Under the pieces are notes generated by a model, which was given only the letters and a program-made list of their open reading frames with translations, had not been told where the DNA came from and did no database searches. The position numbers and the translations under genes are program-made. Positions 18,483 to 28,825 of a DNA stretch of 58,707 nucleotides are shown here, piece by piece (the first letter of the stretch is position 1; every line of letters starts with the position of its first letter). The stretch is from Candidatus Omnitrophota bacterium (GTDB taxonomy: Bacteria > Omnitrophota > Gorgyraeia > Gygaellales > Profunditerraquicolaceae), in contig JAQTPA010000005.1 of assembly GCA_028713155.1 (NCBI GenBank), positions 1 to 58,707 on the forward strand. Direction: 5' to 3'.

Positions 18483-19584
18483 TTATCGGGAGATACGTTC
18501 GGTAGTTCGGGTTTTGAAGTCCGGATGGTTGTCGGGCGGAGAAAAAGTCAAAGAATTTGAAAATAAATTTGCGGAGTTTATCGGCGTTAAATATGCTATT
18601 TCACTTAATTCCTGCGCTTCAGCTTTGCAGTTAGCCATACAAGCCCAGAAGTTAAAGGGGGAGATTATACTGCCCAGCTTTACTTTTGTAGCTTCGGCAA
18701 ATGCCGTAATCAATGCCGGTTGTACGCCTCGTTTTGCGGATATCGAGTATGGATCCTGTAACATTGACCCACAGAAAATTGAAGCGTTGATTAATAAAAA
18801 AACCGTAGCCATAATGCCGGTGCATTATGCCGGGCAAAGTTGTGATATGGCCAGAATACTTGCTATAGCAAGGAAGTATGGCCTTAGCGTCATTGAGGAT
18901 TCGGCCGAATCATTAGGCGCCAGGTTTAAAAACAAAAAAACCGGATCTTTCGGAACCGGCTGTTTTTCATTTTTTTCTACTAAAAATATCACCTGCGGAG
19001 AAGGGGGCATGGTGACGACGAATAGCAGGTATGTTTGGAATAAGGTCTTAGCTTATTCTTCACATGGGGTCGAAAGAAGATCGTCTTCGAAAAGAAATCC
19101 AAATTGGCTTAGAGAGGCAAAATATCCGGGATATAACTATAGAATGGCTAATATATTAGCAGCCATAGCAGTTACTCAGCTTGCTAAAATAGAGGTTATG
19201 AATAATCAAAGGCGCGAGTTGGCCCGGTATCTTAGCGAGAATTTAAAAGAGTGCGGGGAGTTAAGGCTACCTTTTGAAGAGGCGCGATGTTACCATGTCT
19301 ATCAAATGTATACGATTAAGCTGAAGCCTGGTTATGGGCCAAAAAGGGATTTATTCGTAGATTATCTCAGGAAAAAAGGAATCGAGGCGAGCGTCCATTT
19401 TTATCCTCCTCTGCATAAGCAGAAATTATACCGGGGTTATCTGTACCCCCGGGATTGCCTTCCTATTACCGAAGAGGTTTCATCCAATATTGTTACTTTA
19501 CCTCTGTATCCCAAGATTTTAAAAAGAGATTTAAATTATATAATCGCAAAGATAAAAGAGGCCTTGACGAGAAACAGAGGATAA
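18448..19584 (+). CDS. DegT/DnrJ/EryC1/StrS PLP-dependent sugar aminotransferase
   Basis: FTFVASAN, PVHYAG, IEDSAES, SFFSTKNITCGEGG, GYNYRM, LPLYP. Confidence 0.93.
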   Translation: MSMIYLSRPCIDYREIRSVVRVLKSGWLSGGEKVKEFENKFAEFIGVKYAISLNSCASALQLAIQAQKLKGEIILPSFTFVASANAVINAGCTPRFADIEYGSCNIDPQKIEALINKKTVAIMPVHYAGQSCDMARILAIARKYGLSVIEDSAESLGARFKNKKTGSFGTGCFSFFSTKNITCGEGGMVTTNSRYVWNKVLAYSSHGVERRSSSKRNPNWLREAKYPGYNYRMANILAAIAVTQLAKIEVMNNQRRELARYLSENLKECGELRLPFEEARCYHVYQMYTIKLKPGYGPKRDLFVDYLRKKGIEASVHFYPPLHKQKLYRGYLYPRDCLPITEEVSSNIVTLPLYPKILKRDLNYIIAKIKEALTRNRG

Positions 19585-19593
19585 GACCGGATA

Positions 19594-20976
19594 ATGAGCT
19601 ATCGGATATTGCCAGAAGCAGTTGTTTTTCTCAACCCGCCTTACAAATATATTATTCAAAGAAAACTGCGCTGTTCGCCTCGGCGTTGCGCGTATGTATT
19701 TCCGCCCCCTGAACTTCTTTCTCTGGCTTCCGCAATAGCAAACCTAAACGATATAAAGTTGATTTTTATCGATGCGATAGCGGAAAGGCTATCTCTGAAA
19801 AAAGTGGTAAATAAATTGAAGGGATACCGGATTAGGGAGCTGGTTTTTATGCCGGGATTTGAATCCTTTGAAGAAGACCTAAAAACTATATCTAAAATCA
19901 GGGAAAATTTGAATGAAGATTGCCGGATAATCAGTTTTGGTTATTTGCCGACTTTGTATTATAAGGATATCTTTCAAAAGTTCCCTCTGGTAAATTATAT
20001 TATTATGGGAGAGCCGGAAGCGACATTTATGGAATTATCTGCCGCTATTTTGGCCGGTAATAAGGATTTGAGCCATATAAGGGGGCTGGCTATAAATGAG
20101 AGCAGCGGGATTACGGTAAGCAAAAACAGGGAAAATAGTATTGATTTGGATTCTTTTCCGCTTCCCGACAGAAGATTGTTAAGGAATGATCGTTATGCCG
20201 ACCCTTTTTTGAAAAAACCCATGACCAGTGTGGTTACTTCTAGGGGTTGTCCTTATGATTGTGCTTTTTGTGTTAATTTCTATGGCCGGGCTTTTCGGCA
20301 ACGTTCTTCCGAAAATGTTATCCGGGAATTAAAACAAATTGTTACTGACCATAATATCCGTAGTATCAGGTTTATGGATGATAATTTTACCGTAGATAAA
20401 GATAGAATTATCGAGATCTGCAAAGGCATAATTGACAATAAATTAAGATTGAATTGGACCTGTTTGAGCAGGATTGATACCCTGGATAGAGAAACGCTGG
20501 CCTGGATGTCCGAATCAGGCTGCAGGGCTGTTTTCTTGGGAATTGAGAGCGGTTCACAGAAGGTCCTTGACTATTATAAAAAAGGGTATACGGTTGATTT
20601 AATAAAAAGGCAGTGCCGGCTGATTAAAGAGTCCGGCATAGATATCGTCTCCTGGTTTATTATCGGCGCTCCTGTAGAAACCGCCGAGGATGTCAAATTG
20701 AGCCTGAAATTATCCTTGGAAATTGATTCTGATTTTGTCTGTATTAATGAATTACAGCTAATGCCTACTACTGCTCTTTTTAGAATCAGCCGCGGGTCAT
20801 TTCGTTTAAGCCCTGTAGAAATTTCCCGTTTACGCAGAAAATTTTATTTAGGTTTTTATTTTAATCCAAAAATTATCCGGAAAACATTGTTACGCTTGGC
20901 GAAAAAACCTGAAGGGTCAGTATTTTTTATTAAAGAATTTTTTTCCGCGATCCGGGCAAAGTATATTGAGAAATAG
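19594..20976 (+). CDS. Cobalamin-binding radical SAM protein
   Basis: PPPELLSLAS, GEPE, TSRGCPYDCAFC, FMDDNF, SRID, LGIESG. Confidence 0.9.
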   Translation: MSYRILPEAVVFLNPPYKYIIQRKLRCSPRRCAYVFPPPELLSLASAIANLNDIKLIFIDAIAERLSLKKVVNKLKGYRIRELVFMPGFESFEEDLKTISKIRENLNEDCRIISFGYLPTLYYKDIFQKFPLVNYIIMGEPEATFMELSAAILAGNKDLSHIRGLAINESSGITVSKNRENSIDLDSFPLPDRRLLRNDRYADPFLKKPMTSVVTSRGCPYDCAFCVNFYGRAFRQRSSENVIRELKQIVTDHNIRSIRFMDDNFTVDKDRIIEICKGIIDNKLRLNWTCLSRIDTLDRETLAWMSESGCRAVFLGIESGSQKVLDYYKKGYTVDLIKRQCRLIKESGIDIVSWFIIGAPVETAEDVKLSLKLSLEIDSDFVCINELQLMPTTALFRISRGSFRLSPVEISRLRRKFYLGFYFNPKIIRKTLLRLAKKPEGSVFFIKEFFSAIRAKYIEK

Positions 20977-20983
20977 TCGGGCT

Positions 20984-22060
20984 ATGGACATTAAGAAATT
21001 CAGTTTTAACCGGCCTTTAGGGTTAAGGGATATATGGGGATTACGCGCTATTTTCTCTATCATATTTACCCGGCTCTGCAGGCCAAAGATAATCATAAAT
21101 TTACTGCTTTTTTTATATAATGGTATCTTCAAATGCGAAAAGGTTTCGAATATGCCGTTATACCTGATGCTTGAACCGAGCTCCCGATGCAATCTCAAGT
21201 GCAAAATGTGCTGGAGGACATTATATAAATTTAACAGGCCGGAAGGCGATATGCCCTACGCTGAATTTAAAGAAATAATCGATAAGATCGGCGATTGCTT
21301 GATTTTCGTAGGATTGTGGAATTATGGCGAGCCCCTGTTGAATCCCGAGCTAAATAAGATGATTGCGTATTGTTCGAAGAAGGGTATAGTTACGGTTCTG
21401 AGTACTAACGGGACTTTGCTGGACCGGGCAAAGAGCCTGGATTTATTCGCCGCCGGGTTAAAATACTTAATCATTTGTGTTGACGGAGTTACCGAGGAGG
21501 TCTACCAGGAATACAGAAATACGGCAAAACTAGCAGAGGTAGAGAATAATGTAAGGCAGGTGTGTGATTTAAAGAAAGAAAAGAGGTCCAAATTTCCTGT
21601 CATAGAATTGCAGTTTATCGTTATGAAAGGCAATGAACATCAGGTTGACGAATTTTTCCCCCTGGCCTATTCCTGGGGATTAGACAGGGCAGTATTAAAA
21701 AAAGTTAGTATGCTTAAAGATATTAAGTTAGCGGATGATTTTTTGCCCCGCAACGGTAATTATCTGTTAGATTGTTATAAAAATACAGGGAAGTCTATCC
21801 CCAAGGGTTTTTGCGATATCCCCTGGCAAACCATGGTTGTTAATTCTGATGGATGGGTTGTCCCTTGTTGTTCTGATTATTTTTCTCTTGAGAAAACAGG
21901 GAATGTATTTGTGGATAGCATAGATAAAATATGGAACAATAATAATTATATTAAGCTTCGTAGCCGGATGAAGAATGATATTAATCCCCTAGGGGTATGC
22001 AATAATTGCCCGCATCACTCGGGGCATACAGGTTCTTTTATTTCGGCAAGGAATTTTTAG
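20984..22060 (+). CDS. Radical SAM protein with SPASM/twitch domain
   Basis: EPSSRCNLKCKMC, NYGEPLL, STNG, CDIPW...DGWVVPCC...CNNC. Confidence 0.9.
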   Translation: MDIKKFSFNRPLGLRDIWGLRAIFSIIFTRLCRPKIIINLLLFLYNGIFKCEKVSNMPLYLMLEPSSRCNLKCKMCWRTLYKFNRPEGDMPYAEFKEIIDKIGDCLIFVGLWNYGEPLLNPELNKMIAYCSKKGIVTVLSTNGTLLDRAKSLDLFAAGLKYLIICVDGVTEEVYQEYRNTAKLAEVENNVRQVCDLKKEKRSKFPVIELQFIVMKGNEHQVDEFFPLAYSWGLDRAVLKKVSMLKDIKLADDFLPRNGNYLLDCYKNTGKSIPKGFCDIPWQTMVVNSDGWVVPCCSDYFSLEKTGNVFVDSIDKIWNNNNYIKLRSRMKNDINPLGVCNNCPHHSGHTGSFISARNF

Positions 22061-22071
22061 TTAAAAATAAA

Positions 22072-23472
22072 ATGAAAAAAAGATTAATCTTCGGATTATC
22101 TATAATCCTCCTATTGGCCTATTTAACAAGTTTTAGTAAAGATACTTTCATTTTTATTTTAGCTTTGAATATTTCTTTATGGTTATTGTTTACAAGTTTA
22201 CTGGCAGTAGCCTTATTTAACCTAGCGAAAATAATACCGCGCAGCAAAAGGCCCGCTAGTCGTATGCCCATCTTTGCCGTAATAATTTTCATAGCGGTTG
22301 TTTGTTCGTTGGTGATTTTTCGCCAGGGTGTCCACAATAGCATCCAATTATCACCGTATGAATCGCTTAAGTCTTTGCCCTATTTGACTTGGAGCCCGGC
22401 AAAAGCAGGGGATATACAGAAAGCCGGTGTTACCAGATATAACCGGAATTTATCCTATACCGGGGTAAATATATATAACTCTCGTAATTTATCAACAGCC
22501 TACCTTATGGATATGTCGGGAGGTATATTGCATGAATGGTCGCATAAAATAGATAAGACGGATAGCTGGCAGGATATAAAACTATGCGAAAACGGCGACT
22601 TACTGGCAATTGTCAAGGACAAAATGCTTATATGCCTTGATTGGGATTCTAATATTAAATGGATTAAAAGAATGCGTTTCCACCACGATGTTGCTGTGGC
22701 AAAAGATAAAAGAATCTGGGCTTTGGCCTGGAAAGACGAAGTGGTCTTTGTATATGGCCTACCCCTGCCTATATTGAATGAATATATTGTAGTTTTGTCT
22801 GCGGATGGTGAAGTCGAGAAGGAGCTTTCGCTTTTTAAAATACTTAAAGGTGAGATAGCCTTCGGAAGTATAATCAGTATCTACCGGAATATGGTTAAGC
22901 CGGATTTTATAAGGCTGGTATTAATGCGTAAGATGTCCGGAAGGCCTATCTTAGACGAGGATGCTTATTATTTTGATGTCTTTCATAATAATACCGTTGA
23001 GATAATCAACCGGGATATCGCGGGTTTATGCAAAGATGGCGACATCCTGATTTCTCCCCGTAATCTGGATTTAATCGGAATAGTGGATGTTAAGAGAGAA
23101 AAACTGATTTGGAGTTGGGGAAAAAACAATTTAAGCAGGCAGCACCATCCCGCCCTCCTGGATAATCAGAATATCCTGGTTTTTGATAATGGGGTTGGGA
23201 GAGGATACTCGCGCTTGGTGGAAATTAATCCTTATGAAAATAAGATCGTGTGGGAATATAAAACTAGCCCTCCCGGGAGGCTTTATTCGGCAGGAAGCAG
23301 CTCAGGGCAGCGGTTACCAAACGGAAACAGTCTTATCACAGACAGTGACGCCGGTTATGCGTTTGAGATCACGCAAGAAGGCGAAGTTGTCTGGGAATTT
23401 TATAATCCGCAAGTACGCAAGGGATCTAACTTAAGAGCCGTTATCGCCAGCATGGAGCGGATACCTGCATAA
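22072..23472 (+). CDS. Membrane-anchored arylsulfotransferase (ASST)-like beta-propeller protein
   Basis: About 3 N-terminal TM helices, then FHHD, FHNN, QHH, VFDNG, QRLPNGNSLIT, GEVVWEF motifs typical of arylsulfotransferase-like proteins. Confidence 0.75.
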   Translation: MKKRLIFGLSIILLLAYLTSFSKDTFIFILALNISLWLLFTSLLAVALFNLAKIIPRSKRPASRMPIFAVIIFIAVVCSLVIFRQGVHNSIQLSPYESLKSLPYLTWSPAKAGDIQKAGVTRYNRNLSYTGVNIYNSRNLSTAYLMDMSGGILHEWSHKIDKTDSWQDIKLCENGDLLAIVKDKMLICLDWDSNIKWIKRMRFHHDVAVAKDKRIWALAWKDEVVFVYGLPLPILNEYIVVLSADGEVEKELSLFKILKGEIAFGSIISIYRNMVKPDFIRLVLMRKMSGRPILDEDAYYFDVFHNNTVEIINRDIAGLCKDGDILISPRNLDLIGIVDVKREKLIWSWGKNNLSRQHHPALLDNQNILVFDNGVGRGYSRLVEINPYENKIVWEYKTSPPGRLYSAGSSSGQRLPNGNSLITDSDAGYAFEITQEGEVVWEFYNPQVRKGSNLRAVIASMERIPA

Positions 23473-23485
23473 TCCTTATCTAAAA

Positions 23486-25642
23486 ATGGTCTCTATGGCT
23501 TTAGAAAGATTATTCAAAAACAGGGCTATAGTTATATTTCTGATTGTTTTATTTTTTATTTTTATCCGTGTAACGATAATGCTGTCTGCGGAACGCTTAA
23601 TCCGTCAGGGAGAAGAGCCTTATGTGGGGACGATTGCCTTAGGGCTTATGGAAGGCTGGGCAATCCCGCCCTGGGACTTCCAGGTTGTTTCTTATAACGG
23701 CGGCTCGGTGGCAGCGGCAGCCCTGGCCTTGCCGTTCTTTATCGTATTCGGCCCTAAGATAATAGCTTTAATTCTGTCTTCTGTTTTCCTTCATTCCCTA
23801 GGTTTAATCTTTATCTTTTTACTGGTTGAAAAATATTTTAATAGGAGAGCGGCGGTATTGACCTCTACTTTCTATATCCTTTCGCCGCCTTTATTCATGG
23901 TCCGTTCGCTTATAATTGCCGGCTCCCATACCGAAGCCGCTGCCTTTAGCGTTATACTTTTTTTAATTTTCCTGAACCTGATTTATTGTAGGCCTTCTAT
24001 GGCTAATTATCTATTGCTGGGTTTTTTAAGCGGTTTTTCTTTGTGGTATTCCCATCTGATCATTATAGCCATAATTACTTATTCATTCATCTGGTTTATC
24101 AGGGATAAGATTTTCTTCCTTAGAAAAAAATATTTTTTATATTTATTATCGCTGGTTTTAGGTTTCCTGCCCTGGTATGTATATAATACCAGGAATAGTT
24201 TTAAGGGGGTAGAGATCGTAAGCCACGGGATTCTTTATCTGAAAGGCATAAAATTCACCAGTATATTTTCGGATTTACTGCACTTTTTTCAAAACGGATA
24301 TAAGATTTTTATTTTTGATGACTACGCGAATATCTTCGGGCAACTTTTTAATCTAATTTACTATGTGCTTTTCGCGGTTTCTTTTTTCTACCTGTTATTT
24401 TTTATAGTAAGGAAATTTATCTATAGTCATTCATCTCCCCAAAAAGATAGTACAAAGGGGTCGCCTGGGCCCGGTTATCTTAAATATGCATTAATTGTGG
24501 CGTTTCCCTGTTTTTATCTGTTAGTATATATTTTAAGCTTTTTCAGGTATGGAAATTCCGGCCGGGGCATGAGTGATTACCGGTATGCGGTTATTCTTTT
24601 TCCGTGTATTTTTATAAGTATCGCATTATTTATAGATAAGTTGCTTGGCATGAAGAGTGCCCTGGCTAGAGGTGCCGGAGTTGCAGTGTTGGTTTTGATA
24701 ATTATTATCGGGTTTATCGGAAATGGCAGGTTAGTTTATTCTTTAGATTTTAAAAATAACTATTTAAATACTCCAGCTGTTTATTATGATTTAGTTGGTC
24801 GGGTAGCTATGGATAGGCACGGGTTAGATATGCTTAAGGTCAGCGGCCTGATAAATAAGATTAAAGTAAGGTATGGCATTCGGAATGCTTACGAGGGTTA
24901 CGGTTTTAATTTAAGTCAACGGTTTTTCATTGGCAGCAGTCTTGATAGATATATTGAGTTAACCAGGATTATCGATATGCCGGAAGATATCCGCAAGGGT
25001 TTTTATAGGGGCGTAGGCAGGGGGATGGCGGATTCTTTTTACCAGGCCAGGCTTAAGAATATACCAGGCAGCCCTTTCAATATTGAACAGTTTTTCAAGG
25101 AATGCGATAAAACGGAAGTCCCGGGGGGCTACCGCGACTTTTTGTATCTGGGAGCAATCGAGGGCCTATTAACAGAAAGGTGGAAAGGAGAGTTTAATTC
25201 TCTTAACCTGGGAATAGATGATTTGGCCGGTAGCTTACCTTCCGGGGAGCGGTATTTAGCTTATCTTTTTTACGGCGTTGCCGTAGGCAATGAAATCCCT
25301 GGAAAGGTATATTTGAATAATTTTCCGGCATTACCTTACAGGTTCAACCCGGATTATCTACAGTATTATTATATCGGAATAGGCGCAAGCGTCGCTAATT
25401 TCTTCTCCGGAGATGCCCGGAAAAGCGTAAAATTATTAAATAGATATAGCGGCCCTATCCGGGAATATTTATTTACGGGTATGGGGCTGTATTTTTGCTT
25501 ACTAAACGAATTTAGCGATGATTGTACCGGAAAAAATTACGCCTATAGTCTTCCGAGAGAATATAGGGTATACTATCGTAAGGCCAGAGAATTATTTAAA
25601 GATACTCCCCTTAACGGGCTAAATTTTTTAATTGGTAAATAA
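23486..25642 (+). CDS. GT-C fold membrane glycosyltransferase-like protein with C-terminal helical repeats
   Basis: More than 10 TM segments, acidic first loop (GEE), HTE, DYRY; soluble C-terminus with repeated (F/Y)xGxG units. Confidence 0.65.
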   Translation: MVSMALERLFKNRAIVIFLIVLFFIFIRVTIMLSAERLIRQGEEPYVGTIALGLMEGWAIPPWDFQVVSYNGGSVAAAALALPFFIVFGPKIIALILSSVFLHSLGLIFIFLLVEKYFNRRAAVLTSTFYILSPPLFMVRSLIIAGSHTEAAAFSVILFLIFLNLIYCRPSMANYLLLGFLSGFSLWYSHLIIIAIITYSFIWFIRDKIFFLRKKYFLYLLSLVLGFLPWYVYNTRNSFKGVEIVSHGILYLKGIKFTSIFSDLLHFFQNGYKIFIFDDYANIFGQLFNLIYYVLFAVSFFYLLFFIVRKFIYSHSSPQKDSTKGSPGPGYLKYALIVAFPCFYLLVYILSFFRYGNSGRGMSDYRYAVILFPCIFISIALFIDKLLGMKSALARGAGVAVLVLIIIIGFIGNGRLVYSLDFKNNYLNTPAVYYDLVGRVAMDRHGLDMLKVSGLINKIKVRYGIRNAYEGYGFNLSQRFFIGSSLDRYIELTRIIDMPEDIRKGFYRGVGRGMADSFYQARLKNIPGSPFNIEQFFKECDKTEVPGGYRDFLYLGAIEGLLTERWKGEFNSLNLGIDDLAGSLPSGERYLAYLFYGVAVGNEIPGKVYLNNFPALPYRFNPDYLQYYYIGIGASVANFFSGDARKSVKLLNRYSGPIREYLFTGMGLYFCLLNEFSDDCTGKNYAYSLPREYRVYYRKARELFKDTPLNGLNFLIGK

Positions 25643-25663
25643 CCTACTTTTTACAATGTTCTC

Positions 25664-27289
25664 ATGAAATTATCAGTAAAAAATACGCCTAATGCGTTAA
25701 TGCAAAAAAAATATATCAATAGACTCATTGTCCTCGGATTAATTATTGCCGCGGCGCTAACCCTCAGAGTATATAAACTGGATAGCTATACCCTTTGGCA
25801 TGACGAGGCGACTAGCGTCCTCGACAGCCGGGGTTTAGGCCAGCTGCACTCTTTAGGCAAGTTATTTGACCGGGGCTTTACGGCGAATCACCAGGATTAT
25901 TTAACCCTCTACGACCATGGTTTCATATATTACTGGCAGAAATTATTCGGAAGGTCGGAATTTGCCTTAAGATTTTCTTCGGTTATATTTGCAATTTTGT
26001 CCGTTTTCTTTATATACCTCTTGGCAAAAAAATTCCTTAATATCAAGGTAGCTTGCCTGACAAGCTTTATACTGGCAATTTCGCCATTCCATATATATTA
26101 TTCGCAGGAATTAAGGCCGTATGCCGCAACCTGCCTTTTGACCTTAATTTCCGCCTACTTATTGCTAAAGATATTGGAGGATAACAGGGGAAGATATTGG
26201 TTGGCATATGCTTTGGTTAACGTTCTAAATGTCTATTTTCTTTATACAAATTTAATCATTTTATTTTCTTCGTTCGTTTTCATGGCCTGGAAAGCAAGAA
26301 AAGAGAGAGGCCTGTTAAAATCGGTTATTTTTACCCATTTTGTAATCCTGTTTTTACTGGCTCCTCTCCTTTTAACCTTATACCAGAATTTTAAACTTAT
26401 CATTCATAGTAGTTTTATCTACGGTCACATTTATTCTTATCCCTGGGTGGAGAAAGCCGGTTTCATGAATTTATTATATACTTTCAAAAATTTCAGCATT
26501 GGTTATAATACGGATTATTATTCCCTTACCGGTAAATTTGCTACTTTGGTCTGTTTCTGTTTTTTTATAGCCGGTATTTATAAATATCGCAAAAACAACC
26601 TGGCGCAATTAGCTGTCTTTTTCACGGTCATTCCGGTTCTTTTATTATTTTTTCTTTCTAGGATTAAGGCTTGCTATGTTTACAGGTACTTTTTCCCGGT
26701 ATTGCCATTTTACCTGTTAGGCGTAGGCGCAGGCCTGGGCAGTTTTAAAAGAAGATTTCTATTAATTTTATTAATATCGGCACTATTTTTTTTAGGCCTG
26801 AAGAATTACTATTTGAATAGTTTGCCTTGGGATTATAGCCAGCATATCGGAGTATCAAAAAAGCAGGACCTTAAAGGTATCTTTAAAATTATCCTAGGGA
26901 ATTATCAAAAAGGTGATAAAATCTTTCATACCTCCAAAAGCACGGTTTTTCCTTTTAAATTCTACACTGATCGGATCCCTCTAAGCCATGATTTACGCAT
27001 GGAAATAGACAGGGGCAGGGTTATCTATTTCTCCGGGCAAGATGAAGGGTTATTAATTTACGAGAATAGATGGATGCATCCGGCAATGTTTTTTCCCGAA
27101 AAATTATATCCTTTAAAAGACTCAGGCATTAATAAAAGGCTATGGTTATTTTTTTCCAGCTTCGGCGGGCTCAAAAAGGGCAGCGAAGAAGATATGGCTC
27201 TTGAGAAGCTCCGGAAGCAATACGGGCAAAAGATGCTTACTAAATCAGAGGGTGCTAACCTGTATTTATTTACCAAAACAGATGGTTAA
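25664..27289 (+). CDS. GT-C fold membrane glycosyltransferase (paralog of 15194-16789)
   Basis: TLWHDE, SEFALRFSSVIF, HIYYSQELRPY, YRY. Confidence 0.82.
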   Translation: MKLSVKNTPNALMQKKYINRLIVLGLIIAAALTLRVYKLDSYTLWHDEATSVLDSRGLGQLHSLGKLFDRGFTANHQDYLTLYDHGFIYYWQKLFGRSEFALRFSSVIFAILSVFFIYLLAKKFLNIKVACLTSFILAISPFHIYYSQELRPYAATCLLTLISAYLLLKILEDNRGRYWLAYALVNVLNVYFLYTNLIILFSSFVFMAWKARKERGLLKSVIFTHFVILFLLAPLLLTLYQNFKLIIHSSFIYGHIYSYPWVEKAGFMNLLYTFKNFSIGYNTDYYSLTGKFATLVCFCFFIAGIYKYRKNNLAQLAVFFTVIPVLLLFFLSRIKACYVYRYFFPVLPFYLLGVGAGLGSFKRRFLLILLISALFFLGLKNYYLNSLPWDYSQHIGVSKKQDLKGIFKIILGNYQKGDKIFHTSKSTVFPFKFYTDRIPLSHDLRMEIDRGRVIYFSGQDEGLLIYENRWMHPAMFFPEKLYPLKDSGINKRLWLFFSSFGGLKKGSEEDMALEKLRKQYGQKMLTKSEGANLYLFTKTDG

Positions 27290-27307
27290 ACTATCCGTAG
27301 TGAAAAT

Positions 27308-28825
27308 ATGAAAGTTTTATTAATCAATCCGAATTCATCTTTAATCAATAAGAACTGGGCCTATAAGAAATTTTTTACACCGATTGCCCCGCTGGGATTA
27401 GCCTACTTAGCCGGTGTCCTGAAAAAGAACGGCTTTGAAGTTGCTATTATTGACCAGTTTGCCGATAAGATGCCGGATGCGTCGTTGTTGAATATAATCA
27501 AGGACCAGAAGCCTGATTTGATAGGTTTTTCCGCCTTAACCCCCGTAATCAAAGATGTCAAAAGATTAGCCTTGGCGGTAAAAGAATTTAGCGGAAAGAG
27601 TAAAATTGTTTTGGGGAACATCCATGCTACTTGTTTTCCGCAGGAAGTCCTTAGTGAAGGCATCGCCGATATCGTAGTCAGGGGGGAGGGGGAGAGTACG
27701 CTGGTGGAATTATGCCAGCGGTTAAGCTGTAAGAAAGGGCTTGAAGGCTTACCGGGTATAAGTTTTAAGATAGACGGGCAGATTATCCATAATCCCGAAA
27801 GAGAGGTTATTGCTGACCTGGATTCTTTGCCGTATCCGGCCTGGGAAGAACTTAACCTGGATAACTACACGGAAGTTCCTTTAGTGGCGATCAAAAAGGC
27901 CAGGGCTTTTCCCATAATAGCCTCCCGCGGGTGTAATTTCAGATGTTATTACTGTTCGCAGGATAAAATTTACAAGCAGGTAAGGTATAGGAACTTGAAT
28001 AAAGTAGTCGATGAGATGGAGTATTTTTATAATAATCACGGTATAAAAATTTTTGGGTTCAGCGACGCCTATTTTCCTTTTGATGAAACAAGTGGATTAG
28101 AATTCTGTAATTCCTTAATCAAGCGCAATCTGCATAAAAAAATAAAATGGTGTACGGAAACCCGGGTAGACAAGGTAACGCCGAGATTGTTGGAGGCGAT
28201 GAAGGAGGCTGGCGTGCACCTGATAATGTACGGCGTAGAAGTAGGAAACCAGCGGATAATGGATTCTTTGAATAAAGGGACTACCTTGGAACAGGCAAGG
28301 TTTGCTCTTCAACAAACCAAAAAGGCGGGAATCTTAAGCCAGGGCCTATTCATCCTGGGGTTGCCCGGGGAGACCATAAAGACCTGCAAGGATACTATAA
28401 ATTTTGCTAAAAAGCTGGACTGTGATCTTGTAAAGTTTAACGTTGCTATGCCCTATCCGGGTTCACGCTTCTTCGAAGATTATAAAAGGATGAACAAAAT
28501 CAGTAATCCCGAAAGATTTACCAGTTGGTTTGATTGGGTCAATTTTTCAGAAGATTTTATCTATACGCCGCAAGGTATGGACAGCAATATTTTACGTTAT
28601 TTACAGAGAAGGGCAATGTTGGAATTTTACGCCAGGCCGAAAGTCATACTTCGCCATCTTCTTAGGGGCACGATAAGGTATGAAAATATTTTGTACGGAG
28701 GATTTTGGCTGATTTCGCTTTTTTACTCGGGAATCTTGAAGAGATTAAAATTATCGATAATCAATAAGTATCCCAGAGGGAAAAAATGGAATTTTCTGTT
28801 CCCACGAATTGGCAGAAAGAGCTAA
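27308..28825 (+). CDS. Cobalamin-binding radical SAM protein (paralog of 11850-13271)
   Basis: MKVLLINP, PLGLAYLAG, GNIHAT, GEGE, SRGCNFRCYYC, ETRVD, YGVEVG, PYPGS. Confidence 0.9.
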   Translation: MKVLLINPNSSLINKNWAYKKFFTPIAPLGLAYLAGVLKKNGFEVAIIDQFADKMPDASLLNIIKDQKPDLIGFSALTPVIKDVKRLALAVKEFSGKSKIVLGNIHATCFPQEVLSEGIADIVVRGEGESTLVELCQRLSCKKGLEGLPGISFKIDGQIIHNPEREVIADLDSLPYPAWEELNLDNYTEVPLVAIKKARAFPIIASRGCNFRCYYCSQDKIYKQVRYRNLNKVVDEMEYFYNNHGIKIFGFSDAYFPFDETSGLEFCNSLIKRNLHKKIKWCTETRVDKVTPRLLEAMKEAGVHLIMYGVEVGNQRIMDSLNKGTTLEQARFALQQTKKAGILSQGLFILGLPGETIKTCKDTINFAKKLDCDLVKFNVAMPYPGSRFFEDYKRMNKISNPERFTSWFDWVNFSEDFIYTPQGMDSNILRYLQRRAMLEFYARPKVILRHLLRGTIRYENILYGGFWLISLFYSGILKRLKLSIINKYPRGKKWNFLFPRIGRKS

